Assembly (NCBI GenBank): GCA_030704615.1
Contig: CM060732.1
Location: 36,952,001 to 37,016,000 of the forward strand
DNA length: 64,000 nt
Origin: Takakia lepidozioides
Taxonomy: Eukaryota; Plantae; Bryophyta
Reading direction: 5' to 3'
Made by a program: the position numbers and the translations under genes. The notes under the pieces were generated by a model. The model was not told the DNA's origin and made no database searches. It saw nothing but the letters and a program-made list of their open reading frames with translations. Shown one piece after another: positions 26,135-37,831 of the stretch (the stretch's first letter is position 1; each line of letters starts with the position of its first letter).

Positions 26135-29100
26135 ATAGGTAGATATTCTTTATTTGAGTGCTGTAGGCAGCCTGATGTACATTATGGTGTGTACACGACC
26201 TGACCTTGTTTTCCCTGTAAGTCAAGTTTCACAATTTATGGCAAATCCTGGAAAACAACATTGGCTTGCTATAAAGCGGCTTTTCAGGTATCTTGAAGCC
26301 ACTATAACTTTTGGACTTAGATACGGGATTCAAGTTGAGACTTCACCAGCAAACACTATTCAAGGATGGTGTGACGCTGATTGGGCTGTAGATGTAGACA
26401 ATCATCGTTTTGTCACAGGTTATATATTTTGCATGAATGGAGGAGCGATATCGTGGCAAAGCAAGATACAAGCCACTATAGAGTATATGGCTGCTGCACA
26501 TGCAACTAAGGAGGCAATATGGCTTATGCAGTTAATTAGTGGACTTGGATTCCCAAGCTCAAAAGCCACGGTCTTATGTTGTGATAATCAGTCGTGTATA
26601 GCTTTGACAAAGAATCCTAGGTTTCACGATCGGTCAAAGCATATAGAACTATCACTTTATAAGAGAAAAAGTAGAAACCAGTCAGAGAGAGAGAGAAGAC
26701 TCCGGCCGTGGCCGGCGTAACTAAGAGCCACTTCGCCTTGCGGCCACTGCCCCTTTTCAGGGGTGGGCCCTATGTAAAACCGGTGTCCAAGGGACACCAA
26801 GTAACCAGTATGGGGGGGTGGCATCCGGTAGAGGCGGTACCGCATGGCACCCAAGGGGGGGCCGTGGGGGGCACCCCAAGGGTGCTCGTCAGGTTACCAA
26901 CTATATGTATCTATGAGGCATGAGCCGGGTTTGATTCGAGCTGTCGTTTGTTGGTGATGATAGCAGTGAGAGAGCGGAGGGCCGTGAGATGTATGGCTTT
27001 GAAGCATTTATGGATGGAAATGATGGGGAGTTTAAAGTTATTGTGAAGTTCAGAGATGCTGGCATTGTGGATGCCCCCTCTGGTGTCGGCAGTGATGACA
27101 GTGAGGGGGCCTGTGGTCCAACCCCTCCGGTGAATAGCAAGAATAAGTGTGCATATTTTTGGCGTTTCTCTAGGATGGAGGAGTTGGGGTAGCGGTCATG
27201 ACAGAATGTGAATTCTAAGAAGTGTATGGTAATAGCGGGGGACGGGGCAGAGGGTGGTGGGGCGTTGATGGGGAGCCCCTGGACGACAAGGATATCCGGA
27301 CAGAGGCGAGAAGGGCATGTGCATGATGTGTGAGGGCAGCATATACATGGGAGAAGCCACGTAGGTACCGTATGGTCTGGGGGCCGACCTTGGTAGGTGC
27401 CCGCATTGATGAGTGAGAACCATCGAGTTTTATTACGTCGTTGTAGGAGTTTGTGGATGTGCCATAAGGCGTGGTTGTGTCGTGCAATACAAAGCCTGTG
27501 AATGACTGGGTGGGGGCATTCGCTAAGAAGGTGGAGCCAGGTATCACGTGTGGCATGGATGTGGGAGCACAGAGGGCAGTTTGGTGAGGGGTATACGGTT
27601 GACCAGAAGGTGTGTTTGCATTGGTGGCCCATGTACTGGGCCTATCGGAATTTAAGGGTTTGTCGTATTTGTGCGTCTGATGCCGCTTTGGTGTGCCAAA
27701 AGTGGCTGGAGAGTTTGTGGTGGAGTACATCGGAGAGGGTCCATTTTTGGATATGCAGTTTGGTATGGCTGAGAGAGGTAGAGGCCTGTTTATTGGCTTC
27801 TTTAGTCAAAGAAGTTAGGAGATTTTGGATGGGTCTGGATTCTGGGGGGCCAGGGATTGGGTGTATTAGCCAGAAGGGGTGAGTATGAGCGATGTGTATG
27901 GGGTCATCTAAGGGTTCAACTGGAGGTTGGGAGGCACCCAGTTGGGCGAGGAGGTCAGCCTCCTCGTTGCCATGGATACCTGTGTGTGAACGAACTTTGA
28001 GAAAATGAAGAGGTTGATTGATGGAGATGGCTAGGTTGATAATGGTGGTGATAATGGTGGTGATAAGGTTTCGGTCGGGGTGGTGGAGGTGGGAGGAGGG
28101 ACAAGCCAAGTGGTTGCGAAGAATAAAGAGAGAATTTAGGCTATCCGTGAAGAGGTAGTATGGGGGTGGGAACGAGGCTAGTTGTGACAGAGCTTCAAAA
28201 ATGGCCATAAGTTTGGCGCGGAGTATGGTCGCAGGGCCTGGGAGGCGATGAGCGGTTCCTTTGTTAGTAGCGGCATGGTAGACGCCATATCCGGCGCAGG
28301 AGCCAGATTGGGAGCCGTCTGTGTAATGGGAATGGAGGGGGGGGGTATTTAGGGGAAGTTGGCCCAAGGTGAACCGGGGGGGGCGTTGTGGGAGATAGTA
28401 TGAGTGGGGCTGGGGCGGGGGGGCGCTAAGGTCCATGCTTTTAGCTTAGTGGGTGGTCTGGCGGTAGGGTTGCATATTGAAGGAGGTGAGTATGGGGTGA
28501 GTAACATGCTATGGGTATCGAAAAGTAGACGAGTGAGAGCACAGGGAAATCGGTGGGTACGGGGGGGCACGAGGTAGCTTGGACAAGGAGAATTAGGGTC
28601 AGAGTAGTTTCTTTGTGGCGGAGGTATTTTGGGAATGGTGGGTTGTCTGTGTAGTGAAGATGGTTGGGTTCAATAGCGGCTAATGGTATCACTTCTGGGG
28701 GAAGTTGTAGAAGGGGGTGTTGGTGGTCAGGTGAGTTTTTGTTGTGTAAGAATGAGAATAGTGGAGGCAGAGGAAGAGGAGTGGGCGGCGAGGCACGCCC
28801 ATAGAAGAGCTTCATGCATGAGAGGCCCGGGAGGTGGGTGCGCAAGGCCACCTCCTGACCAAGAGTGTCGGGTAGTTGGGCCAAAGGCTCCGAATACATA
28901 GTCTCGGGGGTGCGGGCTGGCGTAAGAAGAAAGCTCAAGGGGGCATGTAAGTGGGCTGGAGTAGTAGGAGTGGGTAAGCTGGAATGTAGAGATGAGGAAT
29001 TTGAGGATGTCAGAGGGTATAGTGCTATGGGTATATGCTTGAGCTAGTTTGTCGGGGGTGTGGGGTTTTTTGGTGGGGGTATCGCGTAAGTATCGGTCAA

Positions 29101-32100
29101 CAAGCCAGCAGACCTCAGTGGCGAAGTCTTGTTTTGGGGGCTAGGGAGGTGGCGTCAGTTGAGGAGGCGTCATATCTATCCCAGAGTCAGGCAAGCCTGA
29201 CATTGGAGATGGAGCCGGTGAAGTGACCGTTAAGTGTGTAGATATGGGATGCCCGACGCCTAGGGCAGATAATGGGCATCTATTGGTTGGATTTGAGATA
29301 CATGATGTTGGTGGGTGTACGTTAAGTAATTGGTGTTAGTTGTTTTGTAGAAGGTGATAAGGAGGCGATGGTTGTGAGTAGGGTTGCAATCATCATGGGG
29401 CGCCATGTACGTCGAGGGAGGTTTGAGTTTTGATGTCGAGAATAGCTTCAATGACGAAGGCCTCGGGGTGGTTGGGGTTGGCTAGGCAGGGGGAAGGAGG
29501 GGGGGTGGGGGGGTTTAGAGGGTAGGGGGAAAGCTCCTCAAGGCAATTAATGGGGCTGGGGGGGGGGGGGGGTGGGAGTTGGGGAGAGGGTGTTCCGGAG
29601 TGTTATGGGAAGTCATGAGCTGTTGTAATATGGACGGGGCTGGGGCTGTTCTGAAATTTGGGAGGAGGTCTTGCTTATGATGGGGGAAGAGTGGGCATGG
29701 TAGGTCACAGTCGAGGGTGCACGAGGCGGTCTGGTGGCAAAATAAAGAACGGAGATGAAGCAGGTATCTGCATGTTTTGATGGTAGCACGAGAATGTTTC
29801 AGGGTAAATTGGTGTGGGGTAAGTAGCCGGTTCCCCGTGGTTGTGGTGAGTTGGTGAGAGTGGTAATATGGCGTGCTTTAAAGTAGGCAATGACAAGTTT
29901 CCTTTCACGGGGGTGGTTGGTTTCGAATTGTGTGAAGACTGGGCTGCTGAGCCATGCCCGTTCAAGTTGAGATAAGGAGTTGGGGTATCCGGGAAGGTCA
30001 GTTTGAATGCTGATTTTCAATTGGCGTAAGATAAATAGCGTACGGGCGGTGGGGGAATGGAGGCAAGATTGTGGGTGGAGGGTAGGGAGGGAATATAAGC
30101 CATTATATTTATACGCTATGTGTTTAAGGGGACCTCGAAAGATTAGACCGAGACGGCCTGGGTCGTTAAGAGCCTCGATAAGTTGTGAGCCGAGGGTGCG
30201 GGCATATGAGATGATCAGGGGGCTAGAACCAATCCCAAAACTATCCTGTGGAAGTTGGGTAAGAACGTTAGGGGTGCTAGTGGGGAGGCCACAAATGCGT
30301 TTGGTGAGTTGGATAATATTGGCGTCGAGGTCTGATATCCGGTATAGAGAAGGGGGCCGCGTGAAAGGCGTATTGGATTTGAGGGTTGAGAACTCTTTGG
30401 ATGATAATTAGTTTAGGGCGGATGGAGATGGGGGCAATGAGTAGAGCTAAACTCTTGTTGGTTAGTTTGGAAAGAGTGGTGTTCCTTTGTATATGCCAGG
30501 TTAGTGATGGAACCAATTGTATGCCTAGATAGGTGTAGGGTTCATCCGGGCCCAAAAAGGGGAAAGATTTTTGTTGATAGTGCAGATGGAGCATGCAGTG
30601 GGAAGCTATCGTGGATTTTGTGAGCTTACTGCCGTGGGTAGCGGCGGTGACCCGCACATTTATTGAGGCTTAGTTCCATACCAGACCATTGATTAAAGTG
30701 GGATAATTTGTCCACCTGTCGGTTGAGGTGCTGAGGCTTGTGTGCGAGAATAGCGAGGTCGTCCGCATATGTTGCCGCTGAAATTTCATTGGGGGAGGTT
30801 TTGTAGTGGTAGCCTAAGTTGCCTTGGGCAAACCAGCGTAGGAGAGGTTCTAGAAAGATGATGAATAGGTAGGGGCTCAGGGTGTCCCCTTGGATGGTAC
30901 CACGGAGGATGGGAATAGGGGGGGTGGTGCCATAGTAAGAACCTGTGTATTCAGTGGTGCTGTTGGTGTAAATGTTCTCGATGAGCTGGATGGCATCTAT
31001 AGGGTAACCCAGGTCTGCCATGATGGCGAGTAGACGGGGGTGGTCCATGGAGGTATGCACATCTGGAATGGGCCAGAAGGGAATGAGGGAGGGAGGGAGG
31101 GAGGGAGACAGAGATCGGGTAGTGGTCAGAGTTGCATAGGCTATTGAGGTGAACGTGACTCAAGAGGTAGGATGGGATACTATTGCTGGTTTTGAGGTAA
31201 AACCCGTCCAGGAGGCTTAAGGAAGAGTAGTTAAGGCCACATTGCCGGGAGTAGTGATGGTCCGCCGGGATGTATCTGAGGTCAAGTTGTTGGGTGAAGC
31301 GAGCCCATTCGTGATCTGCAGAGGATGGTGGTTTGTGGGTTCCGTTGTGGGAGTGCCCTAGCAGAGCGATGTCTCTGTTGAAGTCACATGCAAGGATGAC
31401 GTGGTGGTGCTGGTTATTTGGATGGGTAATTGTTTGGGATATAGTGTGTAGTATGTCAGTTATGAGGGGAAGATCCTCGGGGTGTGAGGGCATGTATAGA
31501 TGTATCATGGTGATGGGAGAGAGTGCTGGGGGGTGTAGCTGAATGATTTGAAGATGCGACCGAAGGGGGATGGGTACCATAAGTTTTGTGGTGGTGCTGG
31601 GAGAGTGATGTGAACGAAGAATACCTAGTGCAACGCCTCCCCTAGTGGGTTTGTATGGAGCGGAGCGGCGAGATAGGCATTGCTGGGTAGTTAGAGGAGT
31701 GCCGTACAGTAGGTAATAGTCTGGTAGAAGCTTATTTATGTATGAACTGCTAGTGTTGTTCGTGTGTAACTTGGTTTCTTAGAGAAGGAAGATATGTGGT
31801 TTAGAGGAGTTGGTGAGAAGAGTGAGAAGGCTTTATATACTAGTAGCCAGTGACCCTACATTCCAAGAAATAATAGTTAGTGCACAGGTGTGGGTATCCG
31901 AGGTGGTAGGGGTAGGGTTGGGAGATGCTCGGACCAATGACGGTTCCATGGTTTGGTTTGTTGAGGTTGAGGGATTATATCCAGGTCTCGGACTAATTGC
32001 AGCGAGTGTGGATTTGAGGATGTTAGTGGAGAGGAAGGGGAATTTGTGGGTGGCCTCGGTAAGGTCGGAAGCAGGAGCGATTATGGTAGCGAGATATTTT

Positions 32101-34764
32101 GCCTAAGATTTTGTGTATAGCACCCGGTTGGGATTGCATCAGATTGAGGGATTCATGGAGTGATGATAGAAGGTGAGGTGGGGCTAAGTAGTTGTGTGGA
32201 TGTGGTGGTAGCCTTTTTAGCTGTAGGAGGAGGGGGCGGAGTGGGGAAGTGGAGTGGGAGTAGAGAAATCCATTACAGGCTTCTAGCAGGGGTGAGATGA
32301 TGATTATAAGGGAGAAGAGTAGATGGGGCTGTGAGAAGGATTTAAGTTTATGTAGTGCGTTAGAAAGTGTTGGGTAACGGCTAGGGGGGGAGCCCGAAGG
32401 TAGTGATGATTTGTGTGGGTGTGTGGATGGCGGGAGGGTGTGGCGGGAAGAAGAGCGAGAAGTGGTCACCAATGTGTCTATAGTTATGCATGAGCGATAA
32501 GGTGTCCGGCTGGAAGTATAATGAGTATCTGTCTTGCACATCGGCGGGGAGGTCCTAGATAATTTCGCTAATAGCGGTAGGCCCTGGGTTGGGGTGGATG
32601 TGGTCCGGTTGGTGAGAGAATGCCGGCAGGGGTACCCCATCAACCTGAAGATAAAAGTACAACAGTTGGTGAGGCTTGAGATCATGTGCAGCAAGGCATT
32701 GTAAAGTGGAGAGTACATACCTGGGAATGGGTTTGCATTAACAGGATATGACATTGAGTAGGTGTGGGCAGGCTGATTGCAGTGGCACGCTTTGATGTGG
32801 TAGATGCGTGGGGTTTCGGGATATATCTGTAAAACACAACACTTTGTATCAGTGGGGGTGGGGGTAGATACAATAGTGGTGGGCAAGTGATCAACATCTG
32901 CTGCTTGGTAGGGCAGCTTCATAGCCTTAGAGGCGTGCTGTTGAGCCCATGTGTGAGATACAACAGCAGAAAATAAAGAGTAAGCACGAACATGTGACAA
33001 GGTGTGTGACCAGTAATCAGAGAGACATTGAATGGTCAGAAAAATGGGCAAGGAATAGTGAGAAGAATCATTTAGTGAAGGGCAGGGCCAGCAACAAAGA
33101 GTATTGAGCCGTATGTCATCTGTTGTGGCAGCATGGTAGGGAGAGCAATTATGGCAAATGTGGCATGAAGTATATGTACACGAGAATCGCTAGTGGGTGA
33201 ACGAGACAGAGAAAGAACCAATCCGGACTTGAAGGGTAGCATGTAGATTATAGGTTTGCAAAAAGAAAGAGGGGGTTGAAGCGCGTAGGTAGTGTCGCAT
33301 ACCGTTCGGTCTTGGAAGAAGGTTGAGGGTAGAGTGGGTATGAGAATGTATATGTGCAACCAGGGCCTTAGCTGCGCCAGAGGGCGACTTCCGATCGCCA
33401 ACACGCCACCGTTCACCAGGGTTTGAAGAAGGCCAAAGCAATCGCTGTCTTCCATCAGCTCGGTCTGCCAGCCCGTTGGCCACCATGCAAAACTGTCTAG
33501 ATTCATTTCTCCAAGAGCCACCGGCTATAAGAGTGTGCCCATTCGAATCAAGTCGTCGAAATGCAGGGTTGGGTTTCACTCCACCAGGTACTGGAGCAGC
33601 TTGAGGATGGTTGCGATGCCCGAGACTCCACGGGGGCTCTTGAGGTCGACTATGTGACAGTTGCATGTTGCCTGAGCCATGTCGTAGCAGGAGCTGCACA
33701 CATCGCTCGCAAGGGTTGACAAGGGGGGAAGAGATGATAAACCGGGCATTTAAACAGGTCTCAGTTCTCCAAAATCGCCAAGCGGGTTCTTTCGGCGCAT
33801 GCTGATCATTTGGGGATCTGATACCTGCGAGATGATGCAGTGGTAAGGACGAGCATTCGGGTGCTTGGAGAGTGTAGTATTGGGGAGCCAAAGTAAAAAG
33901 CTGTTGGTGTGACAGTTCCTCATAACAGCTTGTTATGTTCATAGCGGAGACACTGCTTTTGAGCTGAAAAGAAAAAACTTCATGGAATCAAGCAAAGTAA
34001 AGCTTAACAAAAGCGCTAGAGAGAGGCGGTAAAGAATGTGGTGGTGTCCACGATTAGCGTGAAAGATTCGCTGCGTAGCAGCGAGATGAACAAAGGTCTT
34101 GGCCATGGTGGCGGCTGTAACTAGATCAGTAGAGTGGACAAGATAACGGAAGCGCCATAAAAATGACAAAGAGATAAGGGGCTAGTGGGAAGGATAGAAA
34201 AACCCTAAAGAGTTAGTCAGAGTTAAGAAGTTAACGGAAAACACAGCGGGAGGGCGGAGCTCCGCCCTCTGCGATTCCTTCACTCTCAAAGATTGCACTT
34301 AATGAAACTAGTCAGATAGAACTAGTTTACTGTAGCACTAATGAGATGCTAGCTGATGCTTTATCTAAGGCTCTTCCGAAGCCCAAGCATGAATATTGCA
34401 TAGAGGCATTTGGAGTGCTTAGCTTTCAGAACATTTACTATCAGATTGACAAAGTCTAGATTATGGATAGATTAAGGGGGCGTATTGAGATGATAGATAA
34501 TCTCATCCATAATTCTAGGTTTCATCTGATATGGTGAATAGACACAACTCTTGAAGTATCAAGGATTAGGGTTACACCGATTGGTCATCTGAAAGGTTAC
34601 AACGGTTACTTTGAACAATTGTAGCTAAGTTCTTTGTCTTCTTCGTACAGAGAAGAAGTGTAATTATTATTACAGAAGAATATCTAGATGCAATGATGTA
34701 TGAGAGGTAGATCCTGTGTAATTTGTTACATATGATTCCCCATCTCCATATGGCTCCATCAACG
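26135..34764 (+). mobile_element. Ty1/copia 3' remnant (RT end, RNase H, PPT, probable 3' LTR) split by a LINE insertion
   Basis: SAVGSLMY, TRPDL, GWCDADWA, CDNQS, HDRSKHIE at 26154-26660. The frame resumes at 34304 as ETSQIELVYCSTNEMLADALSKAL. PPT ATTAAGGGGGCG 34471-34482. LTR end is approximate. Confidence 0.85.
26687..34303 (-). mobile_element. Dualen/RandI-like non-LTR retrotransposon (APE + RT + RNase H + CCHC + RLE), decayed
   Basis: 13-bp TSD GAAAC(C/T)AGTCAGA at 26674-26686 and 34304-34316. (TC)n 3' tail. APE ~31880-31110 (SWNV, ETK, GGVA, YMP, DFN, SDH). RT ~31060-30300 (QGDTLSP, YADDL, YTYLG). RNase H ~28330-27930 (YTDGS, FTDS, HTGIHGNEEAD). C-terminus 27632-26950 (CPLC..H..C, RHN, PDIL, FLEF, KRQKY). 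Confidence 0.85.
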
Positions 34765-35147
34765 TGTTCCTGTCGTAGCTAGCCACCTTAGGATTATCAC
34801 GTTACCTCTCTCTTGTTCCCAGGACGTTCACCATATGAGAGAACCTATTCTTTTTAATGTACTCAACGCAGGTTCGACTCCAGGACGTTATAAGGCCGGT
34901 GACTATTCAAAGCTGTGAATGGAAAGAGCTTAGTAAGACGAAGATGGGAATATCGGTGGCATCAAAATGTTGATTAGATGTCACGCAAGTGTTCACGAAC
35001 TCGTTGAGGAGGTGCTAAGATTAGTCAAGCATGGGTGCGGTGCACTTGGTTTACTGATTGAATGATGACCCAACTGCAGATTTCTTCATGTCAAAACCTC
35101 CATACACTCAAGGCTGCTCATTTTCGGCATAGAGTTTAATGGAGGTT

Positions 35148-35411
35148 TACTATTTCATGAGCAGAAACCATGAGCCATGAGCCATGAGCCGCATGAGCCG
35201 CATGAGCGGTGAGCCGAAGTCTAAGACACGCGGATTTCATGAGCGGACTCCTCCAAATTTGGAAATGCGGCAGATTAAACAAGTATTAAAATAATAGTTT
35301 TATATTTGACCTTGCCGTTTTTGGAAGTTATAGATCTTGTAATGCGGCGAAGATATGTCGTCAGTAACAACTCCGCTCATGGTTTTTTAGATCCGCTCAT
35401 GGAAATGAGTG
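35148..35411. repeat. Short segment bounded by imperfect inverted repeats with CATGAGC multimers (MITE-like or transposon end)
   Basis: Left end TACTATTTCATGAGCAGAAACCATGAGC versus reverse complement of right end CACTCATTTCCATGAGCGGATCTAAAAAACCATGAGC. Confidence 0.45.
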
Positions 35412-35971
35412 ACCGTGCAACGAGAAATCCAGTATACCACGGCAAAAGGACGTCGCATACTGGCCTGTATAGAGTATTCCGCGGTTTTACATGCCTTAAC
35501 ATTGGAATGAAGCTGACCCTTTTGCCGCGACTGAACCAATAGAGTCTGCACAATTCTGTCATCTTCCAGTATTCGGCGGGAAAGTTTTGCGACTCAACTA
35601 GGAAATGCGGTGCCGCATTAGGGTTCGCACGTGCGAAAATTCTGGGCAGTTTGGTGTTGGTAAATGCCGCATCTACCAGTACCTACGACGTTACTTGGAA
35701 ATGCGGTGCCGCATTTCCTTGCCGGGGTTCGAATGAGGAAAGCAAAGTTTGGGAGAGCAGAAAAACAGGAACCCTCCAATACACAAAAATACATGCACGT
35801 GGAAACACGAGTGAATGACATAGTATTATCTTAGTTCGAGCAAAATAGGTTACTGATAGGCAAGACATAAGTTGGACCTTTCTGTGGCCAGAGTCAAAGC
35901 TACTTGCAGCAGTACAGTTCTACTATCCGAAAAGGATGGGCATACCATTGTGTTGGGACCGCAAGCCAAGG

Positions 35972-37655
35972 TCACTGGTCTCCTGGATCCATATTCAGAA
36001 GAGTGTGCACCTCTTGGGGGCTCAACCCTGGTGCATGTATGAAGTGATGAGTTGTGGAATTACACCGGAGTCTCTTTAGTTACACGTAGTACAGATGCTT
36101 GCAAGGGCAGTATGATGCCCCCTTGTTCGCCATGATCTGAAAGTCGTGCAATTGCAGGTGGGTAATTCTGAAATGTGATGGTGTACACCTCATTGCAAAC
36201 AGCTGAGCCTGCCGTGGCCATCTGATACACACGCCCGAAGCCTGGTGGGGGCACTTCTGTCGAGCTCTGGATTGTACAGTTCATCCGAAGTGCATCCCCC
36301 ATCCTTGTCTCGTTCACTTTTGAGGAAGGTCGCTGCCTCTTCGGTTTCCCCTAACGGTGTGTAGGATGCTTAGAGCTGTCGGGTCCCATTGTTCTTGCTC
36401 TCATAGGGATCGGTGGTGGAGGCTGTGGAAGCGGAAATGGTGGTCTGGGGACGTCAGTGCGCTGCACCATCCGAAATCCTGCGGCGGTAAGGGCGTCGGC
36501 CTCAACCTGACTCAGATTGCAGCCTGGTTCCACCGGCCACACCGGGGGAGCCTCTGGCATTGTTTGTATGCCGTACTTGGGCTTTCCATACACGCAAGTC
36601 ATAATGTTGTGCCTGCAGAACCAGAACTGGGTGGTTGTCGCCTCCGCAAACTTTGCATGGACAGCAATTTTCGTGCTACTGGTCTTCGTCACACACCAGG
36701 GGTGTCCGTGCTTTCGATCCATGTCTGTTAACATCCCTGAGGCTTTGTTTGAGGAAGTAACAGGTGGAAACTCGAAGATGACATTGCCATCGACTTCGGG
36801 AGGCAGATACGTTACCTTCCTGACCGGAAATTTGGCATAGTCGAGAGCAGCCAGCTCGGAGCGAGAACCATCGAGGTGATGTTGCCATAGGAGCTGCACA
36901 ATGGACCGGGTTGGAGTTATGCTCGAGGGTACATGCATAGCACCTGCAGAGACGTCCATCTCGGATTTGAACGATCGTGTGGAGGACATGGGGACCTCAA
37001 TGCACTCATCTTCATCGTCGGAAATGTCGAATACGTCCACACGAGAAGCTATGGAGGGTCTTGACGGTCCAGGTCGGGAATGATTATCGTTGCATACCTC
37101 TCTGTTGGCAGTGGCCGCCTGTCGGTTTCCGGACTCCTTTGTGGATGGTGTGGGCAGCGACTGATTCAGAAAGAGAATGGGCATTCCCACAGCTCGGTAC
37201 AGGATGGTGTCTGATGGGGGTACGTGCCATTCGATTCCGCAACCTCCGTCGTTACCTAGCACGACAATGGTCTCGTCAACCTGTCCAGGAACATCCTTCC
37301 TTTCTTCTTTGAAATAAACCGTGCCCGGTTTGAGCTTGAATTTGGAACAAAGGTAAGTTTCAGTCACTCTGCAAAGTCCTCCCTCGTTTGGGATCCAGGC
37401 TCTCCCAAGTTGCGGAGGACAGCAAACTATAGCGTAGGAATTCGGAGCCATCGAAGACCGCACGAAGTTGGCAAGTGCGAGGTTCAGTATAGCGACAGAC
37501 CAAGGCTCACAGGCACCATGCGGAATCCACCAACGATTGGAAGTCGCACATTGAAGTGGAAAGTATTGTTTCAAGCTACATGCATGAAGGTGGGAGGTGT
37601 GATTCCATAGCCAGTGAGTTAGACAATGATGGCCGATTCGGTGACGAAATAACAT
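35972..37655 (-). pseudogene. Decayed SWIM zinc-finger protein gene, probably from a DNA transposon
   Basis: ORF 36351..37655 continues past one TAG into 36060..36317. With frameshift repair it reads YTITFQNYP-TCNC...CPCKHLYYV (SWIM CxC-xn-CxH), then HFIHAPGLSPQEVHTLL and a stop at 35972. Confidence 0.65.
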
Positions 37656-37831
37656 CTCCTGACAGTTTCTCCTGAGGGTGGATCCAGCAGTATTCTCGGT
37701 GCAGACATGAACGTTCGCACTGACAAGTGCCAGTACTGTTAGTTAAAACGGTCAGACAACCAAGTTGTGCTCATCAAGACTGGCCGCAATTGTGTTGTTT
37801 TGGAACAATGCAACCCATTCAGGTTCGGCAT

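Noticed and set aside
29480-29590. G-quadruplex regulatory element
   Set aside because: G runs mirror the C-rich, Pro-rich coding strand of the LINE throughout 26.7-33 kb; nothing indicates a separate function.
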